Of a stretch of 64,000 bases of DNA, positions 42,901 to 51,731 are shown piece by piece. Location of the stretch: the IMG/VR virus record IMGVR_UViG_3300028840_008185, positions 186,001 through 250,000 of that record; one strand, given 5' to 3'. The position numbers were made by a program, and so were the translations under genes. The notes under the pieces are model-generated. The model was not told the origin of the DNA. It ran no database searches and was given only the letters and a program-made list of their open reading frames with translations. Numbering within the stretch: position 1 is the first letter of the stretch; each line of letters begins with the position of its first letter.

Positions 42901-44816
42901 GTGTTGTCTTTCACAAAACCACCACTCCAGGTCCCGCGCCAGATGTCCCCATTACCATCGATCAGAAAGGCTTCGCCATCAAACTCGATGATGTTATACA
43001 TGGATACGCTGGTAGGTAAATCCCCGCCAGAATAAACTTCAAAGCCTCCGCCAGTGGTCCAACGCCGAAGCCGTACTGCTCCTGCTCCGGTATTCCATGT
43101 AACAGCGAACAAGCACTCATCAGCACTAATAGCTAGTGGCCAGTCTCGCCCGCCGCGATTAGTCTGTCCCTGTAGAACATCAAACGTAGCACCATTCCAT
43201 CTATAAATATAAGTGTTGGGAGAGCCAATGGCATCTCCACACATGAATACATAGTCTGCCCCTGGAACCTTCGAAATGGCGCAATAGCCCCGATTATTCG
43301 AAGGTGTGGCGTCATAGGTTGTCCATGAATACCCATCCCAGTGGATCATAGAGAACCGGTCGCTGCCCGAGTTGGTCAGCATACCGATCCAAATGTCATC
43401 CATGCTGCTGTTGCGATAATCGAAATTGTGTACCCCGCCAAACGTAAAGCCGGGCGGTACAACAGGGAAGCGTCCTAGACCGCTACCTTCTTCCCAGTGC
43501 CAAAGCTCGTTGTTGGCTGCGGGAGTGAGGTAGCCTATAAAGTGGGCTCCGTCAGAAACTGGAGTGGAAGTGAACGAGCAATACCCGTCTACAAAATTTC
43601 CAGATAAATCCTCAGCATATACTCCCACCGTGAGATACGCATCTGGCCAAGTGCTATCAGCAGGAGGAAGCATCACATATCTGTAGCCATCCCAGTTCCC
43701 ACTACTTATAGCCGTTCTTGAGCCACGATAGCCATCAGTAGGTGCATCATTCTGCCAAATTACATATCCATCCAATGCAACGATGGTGGCAGATCCATCA
43801 ATGTTGCCATATTCATCAAGAACATCAAAAGCTATGCGAACTGTGTCAGGCTGTGTGCTACCATCGGCTGGATATTCTCTAAGTATCTGTGGTGCGTAAG
43901 CATCCGCCGACGTGTCAAAGCTCCACGATCCGTCAAGATGGAGCCCATCAAAATCATCAACTGTAATTCTTGGCGTTATTGTGCTTCCCCACGGAAGCAC
44001 TGTTGTTCTGTCTAAAACAATGTGATATCCGTCGTAGCCATCAACAGTAGTTGGGGTTATGGATGACAGAGGGCCGTCATACGGGGAAACAAATCCCAAG
44101 CCAACCCTGTAAGCATCGGCGCCGCTAACATAAGCATCAAGAGTAGAGAGATCGATGCCAGAGTATTCGTCTATAACATCGACCGAGATGAGCGTTCCTA
44201 TATCAACATTGGAAGCACCTGACGCAGGGAATCTGTTTCTGAGTTCTGGTACAAAATAATCTATAACGCGAAAGCTGTAAGTTGTATCTAGCGCATCAAC
44301 ATAACCATCATGAGCAACAACCCTTACGGAAATAGTGGTAAAGTAATCCCAGTCTGAGGTCTTCTGGATTGCGAAATGATGACCTAGGTCAACAAGCGTG
44401 CGGGAAGAACTCCCACCATTATAGGGTGCAGCAAATGTATCTGTCGATCCCTGATATGCCAAGACTCCTTCAACCTCAATAGACACCGTAGCTAAGTCTA
44501 TATTGTTGTTTATGTCCAGCAAATCAAATTCGACAACCTTATCAATCGCAACACCTGTGGCGTTTGGAAGGGGATCTTGATTGTCTAGATAAGGCGCGGT
44601 GCGATCAAGCCACCAGCCGAAAACCTCATCACGCGCTTCAGTTCTTGGGTCGGAGTAGCCATCAAAACCGAACAAAACTGTACTACCACCCGCCCAATCT
44701 CCCGGTTGATAATTCCGGGGATCGGCATAGCCATCAAAGCCAGATTGTACAGTATTGCCACTAGCCCAGCCGCCTGGGCTAAAGTTTCGAGGGCTGGCAT
44801 ATCCGTCCCAAACCAT
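39909..44816 (-). CDS. 1635-aa fibre/adhesin-like protein: 3 N-terminal DGY repeats, 5 Ig-like domains, central propellers
   Basis: Repeats read directly; at least 14 DGY; ends in DGY-stop. Confidence 0.8.
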   Translation of the reverse strand: MVWDGYASPRNFSPGGWASGNTVQSGFDGYADPRNYQPGDWAGGSTVLFGFDGYSDPRTEARDEVFGWWLDRTAPYLDNQDPLPNATGVAIDKVVEFDLLDINNNIDLATVSIEVEGVLAYQGSTDTFAAPYNGGSSSRTLVDLGHHFAIQKTSDWDYFTTISVRVVAHDGYVDALDTTYSFRVIDYFVPELRNRFPASGASNVDIGTLISVDVIDEYSGIDLSTLDAYVSGADAYRVGLGFVSPYDGPLSSITPTTVDGYDGYHIVLDRTTVLPWGSTITPRITVDDFDGLHLDGSWSFDTSADAYAPQILREYPADGSTQPDTVRIAFDVLDEYGNIDGSATIVALDGYVIWQNDAPTDGYRGSRTAISSGNWDGYRYVMLPPADSTWPDAYLTVGVYAEDLSGNFVDGYCSFTSTPVSDGAHFIGYLTPAANNELWHWEEGSGLGRFPVVPPGFTFGGVHNFDYRNSSMDDIWIGMLTNSGSDRFSMIHWDGYSWTTYDATPSNNRGYCAISKVPGADYVFMCGDAIGSPNTYIYRWNGATFDVLQGQTNRGGRDWPLAISADECLFAVTWNTGAGAVRLRRWTTGGGFEVYSGGDLPTSVSMYNIIEFDGEAFLIDGNGDIWRGTWSGGFVKDNTTDGPFSVATVGDTRPCFAVSADDSFLCYAVGQDFWIRNGPDSWTNLGPTGVAGTTAQPAAVDSQTLWASGSNTSRISIDGGSTWNNLVSGGYAAQGFIAPISDPNRRIVTTYGTKVADYTLWTKGDSKYAAWCRWADNSSRGQDKADPDDLTVLATNYSDIQGFSSGEVVLSISSGGTGGSPADIAWHYDPTSDSWTAHKLSNPARIERLYGTDYVAERIHGVGEDGTNIYYFRWNGSAWTASLIPGSTGGYELNISASRDGQDIWITSSNSQLWHSDDGGTSWVNRFAAAAALHGSSKQLVISLSVVGTDKLYTLDGSLNLVEFSPQINTGTYDAVAGIWGDANSRLIMGARQAAGTTQKFLHLEGGVWVDKGPCNFTGGNKADRIHGYDYNNVYALSWNSDPVLKQWNGSTWVTDATLAPVGNLLFDVYVYGPNIEDVVVGGNQYIGFRDNSPRGAGVWTNQWAQLVADVAPTVVTGSYVGAIHAISANEIYVWLYYATSVSGGRLCKWDGVSWSYIGPFEWPYAGPARSSATAANKQWYSSGYGGAAGAQFFDGATVTRQDAVPFNLFGGDIWMFNDEVGYVAYSESGTFEFIVRRTADGASWSEIVRDSSWTGGSQNVYLGALTGPANLAKDVITTNEGAWVALQGLGGTMLFSKFEGGSWSVAAPDISEAAGDRSLFRDGSGDWWVFTADDLASDASVYELVTGSWSLQQKLGDTLTPTGISAFNDSAVMAVSAESNNRLWDDIAASGLGWLEGITGTNWLPTTQTWVGISKIGDADVTSPVLSNQNPAPDQTGVIIETNISLDITDDDSGLDAYSVILAIDGHTAWEMEMAQPGFSVGTFAIADGYRYVINPDADFSTYSYVVVEVDAYDFAGNYLDAYYSFLTIDTDPPEIANEFPPDGASGVNPNTLLSVDIFSKGIGVDFSTINAYVDGQLAYNGSFIAPFNGVSSDITPTVVDGYDAYNLIIDKTAPYHSGDSVTTRIDALNKDGY

Positions 44817-44829
44817 TTATTGCTCCTCC

Positions 44830-46047
44830 TTATAGTGGCAGGAATTGTGGAGTCACACCTGGCCATGGGATGACAAATCCATCATAAATGTGGAGTTTGT
44901 CTTTCGTACCGACATCATCTATGGTCTGCATATTGTTGAAATTCCTGCGTACCATTTCGAACGGGGCATATTCCCCCATGATCTCATATTTGTCCACCGC
45001 GTTGAATGGATCAATCACAAGTGTTATGCCAGGCTTTAAATCATTTTTACCCGTGCGTGCATTTGCCTCGTTAGATGTCCAATATGTAAAACCATTCCCA
45101 AAATCATTATACGACCATTCCAGAGCATAACAGACATTCACAGAAGAATCAGCTTCTCTCCAGACAAATCCGTTATATTTACTCTGGACAATATTGCGTT
45201 CAAATCCTTGGGCATTCCATGCTTGAGCCTGGTCTGTTCCACCAAGAACCCACAACTCATCATCCGTATGTGCCGGTTCCGTTTCAAAAGGGATCATCTT
45301 TGCCATCGTGAGGCCATTTACTCCCGCCGTACTGCTTGTTGAGTTCAGGTAGATGCACAACTTACTACCATCGTCTGTTCCGTAGGCGTAGTAATATAGC
45401 TCGCTCACTAAGCCTTGGTTAGTTTGACCAAAATGTTTGTGTCTCCAAGTTCCAGATGATAATTCGAGAATCTTATTGCCAACAGCAAAGGTGTCCAGCG
45501 CAACTATACACCGCAAATAATAGTTGCCGATGATGATGAACTTGATCTCCCAGCTGTCAGCATGCGGTGTGCGCAGTTGCCACTCATCGTTGACCGTATT
45601 GGGCGTGTTATTATCTTCCGCCATCATGTAATAACTCATATCATCGCCAGTATTCTGTACTGGATATTCGGCAGCGCCAGATCTATAATCGATAGAAACA
45701 CGATCCGCATCAACATAACCATCAATTGCATACCAACCACTATTCTCTCCATTATTGGGGTCTACAAGGAGAATCCATTTCCCCACATCCCCAGCAGTAA
45801 ACGGACTGTTGGTGTCGTCACGGAAATACCCATCAGTTCCAGAAACATTGATACTGCCAACTCCAGTGGCATAAGTGACACCAGTATAGTCAGTTGGATC
45901 GTAACTGCCGCCGCCGCCAAGACTCTCAGAAAAATTTGTGTATCCAAGAACGTGATACATCCACCAACACAACATCTTAGAGTAGAAACTGATGCCTGCA
46001 CGCGTAGCTGACGAAAACCTTATTTCTCTAAGCCAGTGATTTGCCAT
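44830..46047 (-). CDS. structural protein, paralog B2 (MANHWLREI...)
   Basis: Long near-identical blocks shared with 47353..48576. Confidence 0.85.
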   Translation of the reverse strand: MANHWLREIRFSSATRAGISFYSKMLCWWMYHVLGYTNFSESLGGGGSYDPTDYTGVTYATGVGSINVSGTDGYFRDDTNSPFTAGDVGKWILLVDPNNGENSGWYAIDGYVDADRVSIDYRSGAAEYPVQNTGDDMSYYMMAEDNNTPNTVNDEWQLRTPHADSWEIKFIIIGNYYLRCIVALDTFAVGNKILELSSGTWRHKHFGQTNQGLVSELYYYAYGTDDGSKLCIYLNSTSSTAGVNGLTMAKMIPFETEPAHTDDELWVLGGTDQAQAWNAQGFERNIVQSKYNGFVWREADSSVNVCYALEWSYNDFGNGFTYWTSNEANARTGKNDLKPGITLVIDPFNAVDKYEIMGEYAPFEMVRRNFNNMQTIDDVGTKDKLHIYDGFVIPWPGVTPQFLPL

Positions 46048-46059
46048 TATTAGCCTCCT

Positions 46060-47268
46060 TTAACGATTCCACTGGACGTGGACTCTGCTTCCATTCCATG
46101 GCATAGATATACCACCTTGCAAGTGGAGGAAAAAATCTGGAGTTGTTCCGAACGGAGTAAGATTATCATAACGCCCGCCATTCCATAAAGACTTTGGAAC
46201 GCCCCGAGCCTCCATATGTCCTGCTGCCCGACTCTGTAACATGATCTCTATCCTATAGATGCCGCCAGACCATTGCGACCACATGTTATTTGCGTCAAAA
46301 ATGCTGGTATTGTTTCCCGTACGTATAGACGGAACCAGCAAGTAGGCAGTCACTTCCACGTCGTTTGCTCCGGAATTGTATGCCATCATTCTTCCACCAT
46401 CATCAATGTTGGAAAATGCGGCACCATATCCAAGAGCTTCCCAAGCACCATCATTCTGGCCAGCTATTATAACGCCAGGGTTTGTATCTATTGCAGTTCC
46501 CGCCGTCGTCTCTATCGCCCCGATATAGTACAAAAGAAATTCATTATTGGTCCCAGAATCGTCAAACACACCAACAACGAAGTGGTCATTATCCGTTTCA
46601 TCACCATAAGCAAAAATATACCTATTCGTGGAATTAGCAGTTGATGTAGTCTTATTAGTTGTGTTCCTGGAATCTTCCCAGGCATTAGCAACCCCGTCCC
46701 AAGTGCCGAAGGGTCCAATAGCAACATAGGGGTTCCTCTGATCGCCGCCACCTTCAGTTATTAGGACATCCATATTCGGTTCAGCAGGCGCGTGTAGGTA
46801 TTGCGAGCGGATGACAGCCCAAGTGCTATTAGCTGGTACATCAGTATCATCCCAAATGCGAAAACTTACGCTGCCTTTATTAAGAGGTAGGCCATCTTCA
46901 TGAACACCCCGTTTGATATCAAGATAGGCATACTCGGTCACAGCATCCACATAGGTAATTTTGTACATACCGATGGTCTCCTTTTCAGAAGCAGACCAGC
47001 CAGCATTGCCCAGCATCGTCACGATACTCCCAGTATCTGCCGCCGTCAAAGTATAAGCTGACCCAGAGAAATCAAGAATTGCTGGGTTGCTGGCATGTGT
47101 GGCAGCATCCGCTCCAGATCCCTGCACACTTGTCCACCCAGCATCGTTATTATCATAGCCATCCCATCCAAGAATTTGAGTGGCAAACTCAAACATCCAT
47201 CTGGAAAAATTTTTGCCTGATTTAGAATCACTAGGGCCAAAGTGTAAGCCATTTTGGAAACGTGCCAT
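46060..47268 (-). CDS. structural protein, paralog A2 (MARFQNGLHFGP...)
   Basis: Long near-identical blocks shared with 48590..49801. Confidence 0.85.
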   Translation of the reverse strand: MARFQNGLHFGPSDSKSGKNFSRWMFEFATQILGWDGYDNNDAGWTSVQGSGADAATHASNPAILDFSGSAYTLTAADTGSIVTMLGNAGWSASEKETIGMYKITYVDAVTEYAYLDIKRGVHEDGLPLNKGSVSFRIWDDTDVPANSTWAVIRSQYLHAPAEPNMDVLITEGGGDQRNPYVAIGPFGTWDGVANAWEDSRNTTNKTTSTANSTNRYIFAYGDETDNDHFVVGVFDDSGTNNEFLLYYIGAIETTAGTAIDTNPGVIIAGQNDGAWEALGYGAAFSNIDDGGRMMAYNSGANDVEVTAYLLVPSIRTGNNTSIFDANNMWSQWSGGIYRIEIMLQSRAAGHMEARGVPKSLWNGGRYDNLTPFGTTPDFFLHLQGGISMPWNGSRVHVQWNR

Positions 47269-47304
47269 CAGTTTTGCTCCTTTGGGGACAAATAGTCGGT
47301 CATA

Positions 47305-47349
47305 TCAATCCCCAGGTTGATAATTCCGTGAATCGGCATCCCAAGCCAT
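47305..47349 (-). pseudogene. 14-codon relic of the 5' end of the 1635-aa gene (MAWDADSRNYQPGD*)
   Basis: Matches MVWDGY...DPRNYQPGDW of 39909..44816; same TAAATG start context. Confidence 0.75.
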
Positions 47350-47352
47350 TTA

Positions 47353-48576
47353 TTATGGGGCTGGCGAGAACTGTGGAGTTATGCCTGGCCATGGGATAAC
47401 AAACCCATCATAGATTTGGAGTTTGTCTTTCGTGCCGCCATCGTTTATGGTCGTCATTTTGTTGAAATTTCTGCGTGCCATTTCACACGGGGCATATTCC
47501 CCCATAATCTCATATTTGTGCGCATCGTTGAATGGATCAATCACGAATGTCATGCCAGGTTTTAAATCATTTTTACCAGTACGTGCATTTGGCTCGCCAA
47601 TGCCACCCACCCACGTAAAACCAAGATCATAAGTCGAGTGTGACCACTCCAGGGCATGACAGAAGTTCACAGAAGAATCAGCTTCTCTCCAAACATACCC
47701 GTTCAAATAGCTGTTGCCACTAGCGCCATACCAGCGTTGAAATCCCTCGTGAGAGTCGTCGCCAACGGTTTCCTGTCCAAAAAGAACCCACAGCTCATCA
47801 TCTGTGTGTGCTGGCACCGTTTCAAAAGGCAGCACCTTTGCCATCATGAGACCACTATTCCCTCCACTATCTGTTGTAAACATGTGGATACACAATTTTC
47901 TTCCATCGTCCGTTCCATAGGCGTAGTAATACAGCTCCGATGAAACGGATTGGGAGTTTTGACCAAAATGTTTATACGCTGGAGTTGACATTTGGAGAAT
48001 CTTGTTACCAACAGCAAAGGTATCCAGCGCAACCAAACATCGCAAATAATAGTTGGCTTGGAGAATAAACTTGATTTCCCAAGCATCAGCATGTGGTGTG
48101 CGAAGCTGCCATTCATCGTTAAGTGTGTCAGGCATATTATTATCTACCGCCATCATGTAATAGCTCATGTCATCGTTAGTATTCTGTATTGGGTATTCGC
48201 CGGGAGCAGATTTGTAATCGATAGAAACACGATCCGCATCGACATAACCATCAACTTCATACCAACCACTATTCTCTCCATTGGTGGGATCTACAAGAAG
48301 AATCCACTTCCCTACATCCCCAGCAGTAAATGGGCTGTTGGTATCGTCGCGGAAATATCCGTCAGTGCCAGAAACATTGATACTTCCAACACTAGTGGCA
48401 TAAGTAACCCCAGTATAATCAGTTGGATCATAGCTTCCAGCACCGCCAAGGCTCTCAGCAAAATTCGTATATCCAAGAACATGGTACATCCACCAACACA
48501 ACATCTTGGAGTAGAAACTAATGCCTCCACGCGCAGCTGCCGTAAGCTGTATTTCTCGAAGCCAGTGATTTGCCAC
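47353..48576 (-). CDS. structural protein, paralog B1 (GTG start, ANHWLREI...)
   Basis: AAGGAGG SD before GTG 48576; paralog alignment. Confidence 0.85.
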   Translation of the reverse strand: MANHWLREIQLTAAARGGISFYSKMLCWWMYHVLGYTNFAESLGGAGSYDPTDYTGVTYATSVGSINVSGTDGYFRDDTNSPFTAGDVGKWILLVDPTNGENSGWYEVDGYVDADRVSIDYKSAPGEYPIQNTNDDMSYYMMAVDNNMPDTLNDEWQLRTPHADAWEIKFILQANYYLRCLVALDTFAVGNKILQMSTPAYKHFGQNSQSVSSELYYYAYGTDDGRKLCIHMFTTDSGGNSGLMMAKVLPFETVPAHTDDELWVLFGQETVGDDSHEGFQRWYGASGNSYLNGYVWREADSSVNFCHALEWSHSTYDLGFTWVGGIGEPNARTGKNDLKPGMTFVIDPFNDAHKYEIMGEYAPCEMARRNFNKMTTINDGGTKDKLQIYDGFVIPWPGITPQFSPAP

Positions 48577-48589
48577 TACCAACCTCCTT

Positions 48590-49801
48590 TTAGGGAGAGC
48601 GATTCCACTGAACGTGAACTTCGCTTCCGTTCCATGGCATGGATAGACCGCCATTCAAATGGAGAAAAAAATCTGGAGTTGTTCCAAACGGAATAAGATT
48701 TGAATAAAGCCCACCACCCATCCACAAAGATTTTAGAACACCCCGAGCCTCCATGTGCCCTGCTGTCTGACTCTGTAACATAATCTCTATCCTATATCTG
48801 CTGCCAGACCATGACGACCACATCAGATTGTTGTCAAAAATACTGTTAGCGTCTCTGGGACACACAGATGGAACTATTAAATAGGTCGGGGCTATTTCCA
48901 CATCGTTCCCTCCGCCATTGTACGCCATCATTCTTCCGCCAATATCAATGTCGGAATCGTTGCCATTTCCAAGAGCAGGCTCATCGTCAGAGTTACTACC
49001 AGCCACTATAACACCGGGGTTGGTGTCTGTTAAAGTTCCCGCCGTTGGATCTATCGCCCCGATATAGTACAACACCAGTCTATTCATGGTTCTATCATAC
49101 ACGCCAACAACAAAATGATCGTTGTCCGTTTCATCACCATAAGCAAAAATATATCTGTCCGTGGAACCACTCGTATACGGAGTGCGGTTGGTTGTATTCC
49201 TAGAGTCAGCCCAACTATTACCAACCCCATCCCAAGTACCAAAGGGTCCAATCGCAACAAAGGGGTTATCATCATCTCCGTTGCCTTCAGTTATTAAAAC
49301 ATCCATATTCGGTTCAGCGGGTGCATGTAAATATTGCGAACGAATAACACCCCAGGTGCCGGTGGCTGGTGTATCAGTATCGTCCCAAATGCGCCAGCCT
49401 ACGCTACTTTTACCGAGAGGCAAACCATCTTCATGAACACCTCGTTTAATATCAAGATAAGCATACTCGGTCGCAGCATCCACATAAATGATTTTGTACA
49501 TGCCGATGGTTTCTTTTTCAGAATCAGACCAGCCGGCGTTGCCTAGCATTGTTACAATGCTCCCAACATTTGCTGCCGTCAAAGTATAGGCCGATCCAGA
49601 AAAATCGAGAATTGACGGATCGCTGACGTGTGTAGCAGCATCCACTCCAGATCCCTGCACACTCGTCCACCCAACATCATTATCATCATAGCCATCCCAC
49701 CCAAGAATTTGGGTGGCAAACTCAAACATCCATCTTGAGAGTTGTTTGCCTGATTTAGCGTAACTGGGGCCGAAGTGTAAACCATTTTGGAAACGTGCCA
49801 T
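48590..49801 (-). CDS. structural protein, paralog A1
   Basis: Paralog alignment with 46060..47268. Confidence 0.85.
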   Translation of the reverse strand: MARFQNGLHFGPSYAKSGKQLSRWMFEFATQILGWDGYDDNDVGWTSVQGSGVDAATHVSDPSILDFSGSAYTLTAANVGSIVTMLGNAGWSDSEKETIGMYKIIYVDAATEYAYLDIKRGVHEDGLPLGKSSVGWRIWDDTDTPATGTWGVIRSQYLHAPAEPNMDVLITEGNGDDDNPFVAIGPFGTWDGVGNSWADSRNTTNRTPYTSGSTDRYIFAYGDETDNDHFVVGVYDRTMNRLVLYYIGAIDPTAGTLTDTNPGVIVAGSNSDDEPALGNGNDSDIDIGGRMMAYNGGGNDVEIAPTYLIVPSVCPRDANSIFDNNLMWSSWSGSRYRIEIMLQSQTAGHMEARGVLKSLWMGGGLYSNLIPFGTTPDFFLHLNGGLSMPWNGSEVHVQWNRSP

Positions 49802-49851
49802 CAGTTTTGTTCCTTTGGGGATACATGGTCGGTCATATCGACAATCTCCCT

Positions 49852-49895
49852 AATAAAAATATACCGAACACCTAGATAGAGATGTTCGGTATAAA
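49852..49895 (-). terminator. intrinsic terminator after phoH
   Basis: Stem tataccgaaca/tgttcggtata followed by TTTTT on the minus strand. Confidence 0.75.
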
Positions 49896-49926
49896 TGTGA
49901 GATTATTGATATATTTGAGGTAGGAT

Positions 49927-51204
49927 TTAGAGGATCTCTGCTGCTAGCGTGGCGAGCTTAGAACGCTCACCTTTTCGGAGGGTTACATGGCCAGCAATAG
50001 AGCAATCCTTAAACTTTTCAACTACATGGGTTAGACCATTATCGGAAAAGTCTACATAAGGATTGTCGATTTGTTCAATATCGCCTGTGATGACGATCTT
50101 GCTATTCTCACCCATGCGGGTGATGATAGTTTTAATCTCTGTGGCGCTCAAATTCTGCGCCTCATCGAGAATCATAAACGATCTCGGGATGCTACGACCA
50201 CGGATGTAGGTCAGTGGCTCGACTTGTATAAGACCTTCATATGACTGCGTAGTATGAAAGTTAGAGCCCAAGAGCAACTCAAGGTTGTCGTATATTGGCT
50301 GCATCCAGGGCCTTAGCTTTTCCTCAATATCTCCAGGCAGATAACCAACGTCTCTTCCCATTGGCTGAACTGGACGAGATATCAATAGGCGATCAAAGGT
50401 CTTCGTGTCTTTGAGAACCTGATGTAGAGCGGCTGCGGAAGCCATGAGGGTCTTTCCGCTGCCTGCCTTACCCAGAAGAGTTACGAGACGGACCTCGGGA
50501 TCCAATAGTAGATCCGCAGCCATCTTTTGCTCAACATTACGGGGAGTTATACCCATCAACTCCCTCACACACCTAGGTTTTTGAAGTTTTCCACCTCCAA
50601 CATGTCTGGCCAAACCAGAATGACTGTCGTTTTCTTTAGATTTCAATATGAAGAATTGGTTTGTAAACGCCTGTAATCCTTCAATAATAGTAAAGCCACT
50701 GTTGTAGACCTCATCTATGAGCGGAGATGAAATCTCTAGAGTCTCGACTCCGCTATAGACCAAGTTAACGTCTTCGGCCAACTTGTCTTTAACATAATCT
50801 TGCGCTTCCACCCCAAGAACATCACACTTAACTCTAAGGTTAATATCCTTGGATACTACGATTACTTGCTTGCCTGCTTTTTTAAGACCCAGTGCCGTGC
50901 TTAGAACCTTGTTGTCGGTTTTTTGAGTTGATAAGCCATTGGGAATGTTTCCAGTGTGGTTTATCTCAACTCTAATGGTGGTCTCCCCCAGCTTAACTCC
51001 ATCGCTAAGCGAACCTTCTTTGCGCAGAGAATCCAGTAGACGCACCGCTGACCGGGCGTTACGCCCAGTTTCGTCAACACGATTTTTAGCCATATCCAAT
51101 TCGTCGAGAACCGACAGTGGAATTACGATTTCATTATCGTCAAAGACTTTCAGGCAGGAAGGGTCGTGAAGCAGAACATTTGTGTCCAGCAAAAATGTTT
51201 TCAA
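49927..51204 (-). CDS. phoH: PIN-PhoH protein (PhoH2-type)
   Basis: PIN: LLDTNVLLHD, VLDELD, SKDINLR; PhoH: GKAGSGKT, RGRS, LDEAQN, GDIEQID. Confidence 0.95.
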   Translation of the reverse strand: MKTFLLDTNVLLHDPSCLKVFDDNEIVIPLSVLDELDMAKNRVDETGRNARSAVRLLDSLRKEGSLSDGVKLGETTIRVEINHTGNIPNGLSTQKTDNKVLSTALGLKKAGKQVIVVSKDINLRVKCDVLGVEAQDYVKDKLAEDVNLVYSGVETLEISSPLIDEVYNSGFTIIEGLQAFTNQFFILKSKENDSHSGLARHVGGGKLQKPRCVRELMGITPRNVEQKMAADLLLDPEVRLVTLLGKAGSGKTLMASAAALHQVLKDTKTFDRLLISRPVQPMGRDVGYLPGDIEEKLRPWMQPIYDNLELLLGSNFHTTQSYEGLIQVEPLTYIRGRSIPRSFMILDEAQNLSATEIKTIITRMGENSKIVITGDIEQIDNPYVDFSDNGLTHVVEKFKDCSIAGHVTLRKGERSKLATLAAEIL

Positions 51205-51260
51205 AATAGAACAGCCTCCACAATATTCAGTTTTCTTCTAAATACAAAATTATTAGTAGT

Positions 51261-51731
51261 TTATCTACCTCTTCTGTTTCTTCTGGTGTCGCACCTCTGC
51301 TTTACTTCCATCACTTCTTTGTAATCGCTGACAGTCAAAGGAGTGGGAAGAAACACAACTCCTTTTGTCTTTCCGCGCAGTTGCTCCTTTGCCCTTTTTT
51401 GTAGGGAACCGAGCTTAGATAGGTCGTCATCGGTAGTCACCCTTACGGCAATATACTTCTCACTAAGCTCCTTAAGCTCTCCAAGAGCCTCAAAATCGAG
51501 GGTGTGGGCTGTTATTAAAAAGCTACAATTTTCTAACTTTCTTAAAGCATCTGCTCCCTTCAGCCCCTTGAAGGTGGCCTCAATCTCTGATTCTGGAGCA
51601 GGACACTCATCGCTTCCCACGCGCACCACCACCAACTTGTTGCTCCACTCTTTCGCGGCAATGTCCTTAAACTGGATGGGGATGTATTCCCCCTTGCTGC
51701 TCTTCACATAAAATGGACTGTCATTACTCAT
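51261..51731 (-). CDS. hypothetical protein, paralog of 51724..52020
   Basis: GEYIPI...W.NKL...DALR.L...SFLI shared. Confidence 0.8.
   Translation of the reverse strand: MSNDSPFYVKSSKGEYIPIQFKDIAAKEWSNKLVVVRVGSDECPAPESEIEATFKGLKGADALRKLENCSFLITAHTLDFEALGELKELSEKYIAVRVTTDDDLSKLGSLQKRAKEQLRGKTKGVVFLPTPLTVSDYKEVMEVKQRCDTRRNRRGR

Larger units (their letters stand above)
44830..49830 (-). repeat. tandem duplication of an about 2.5-kb two-gene unit (A1-B1-A2-B2)
   Basis: Protein and leader sequences conserved (gatatgaccgac...ccccaaagga.caaaactgATG upstream of both A genes). Confidence 0.92.
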
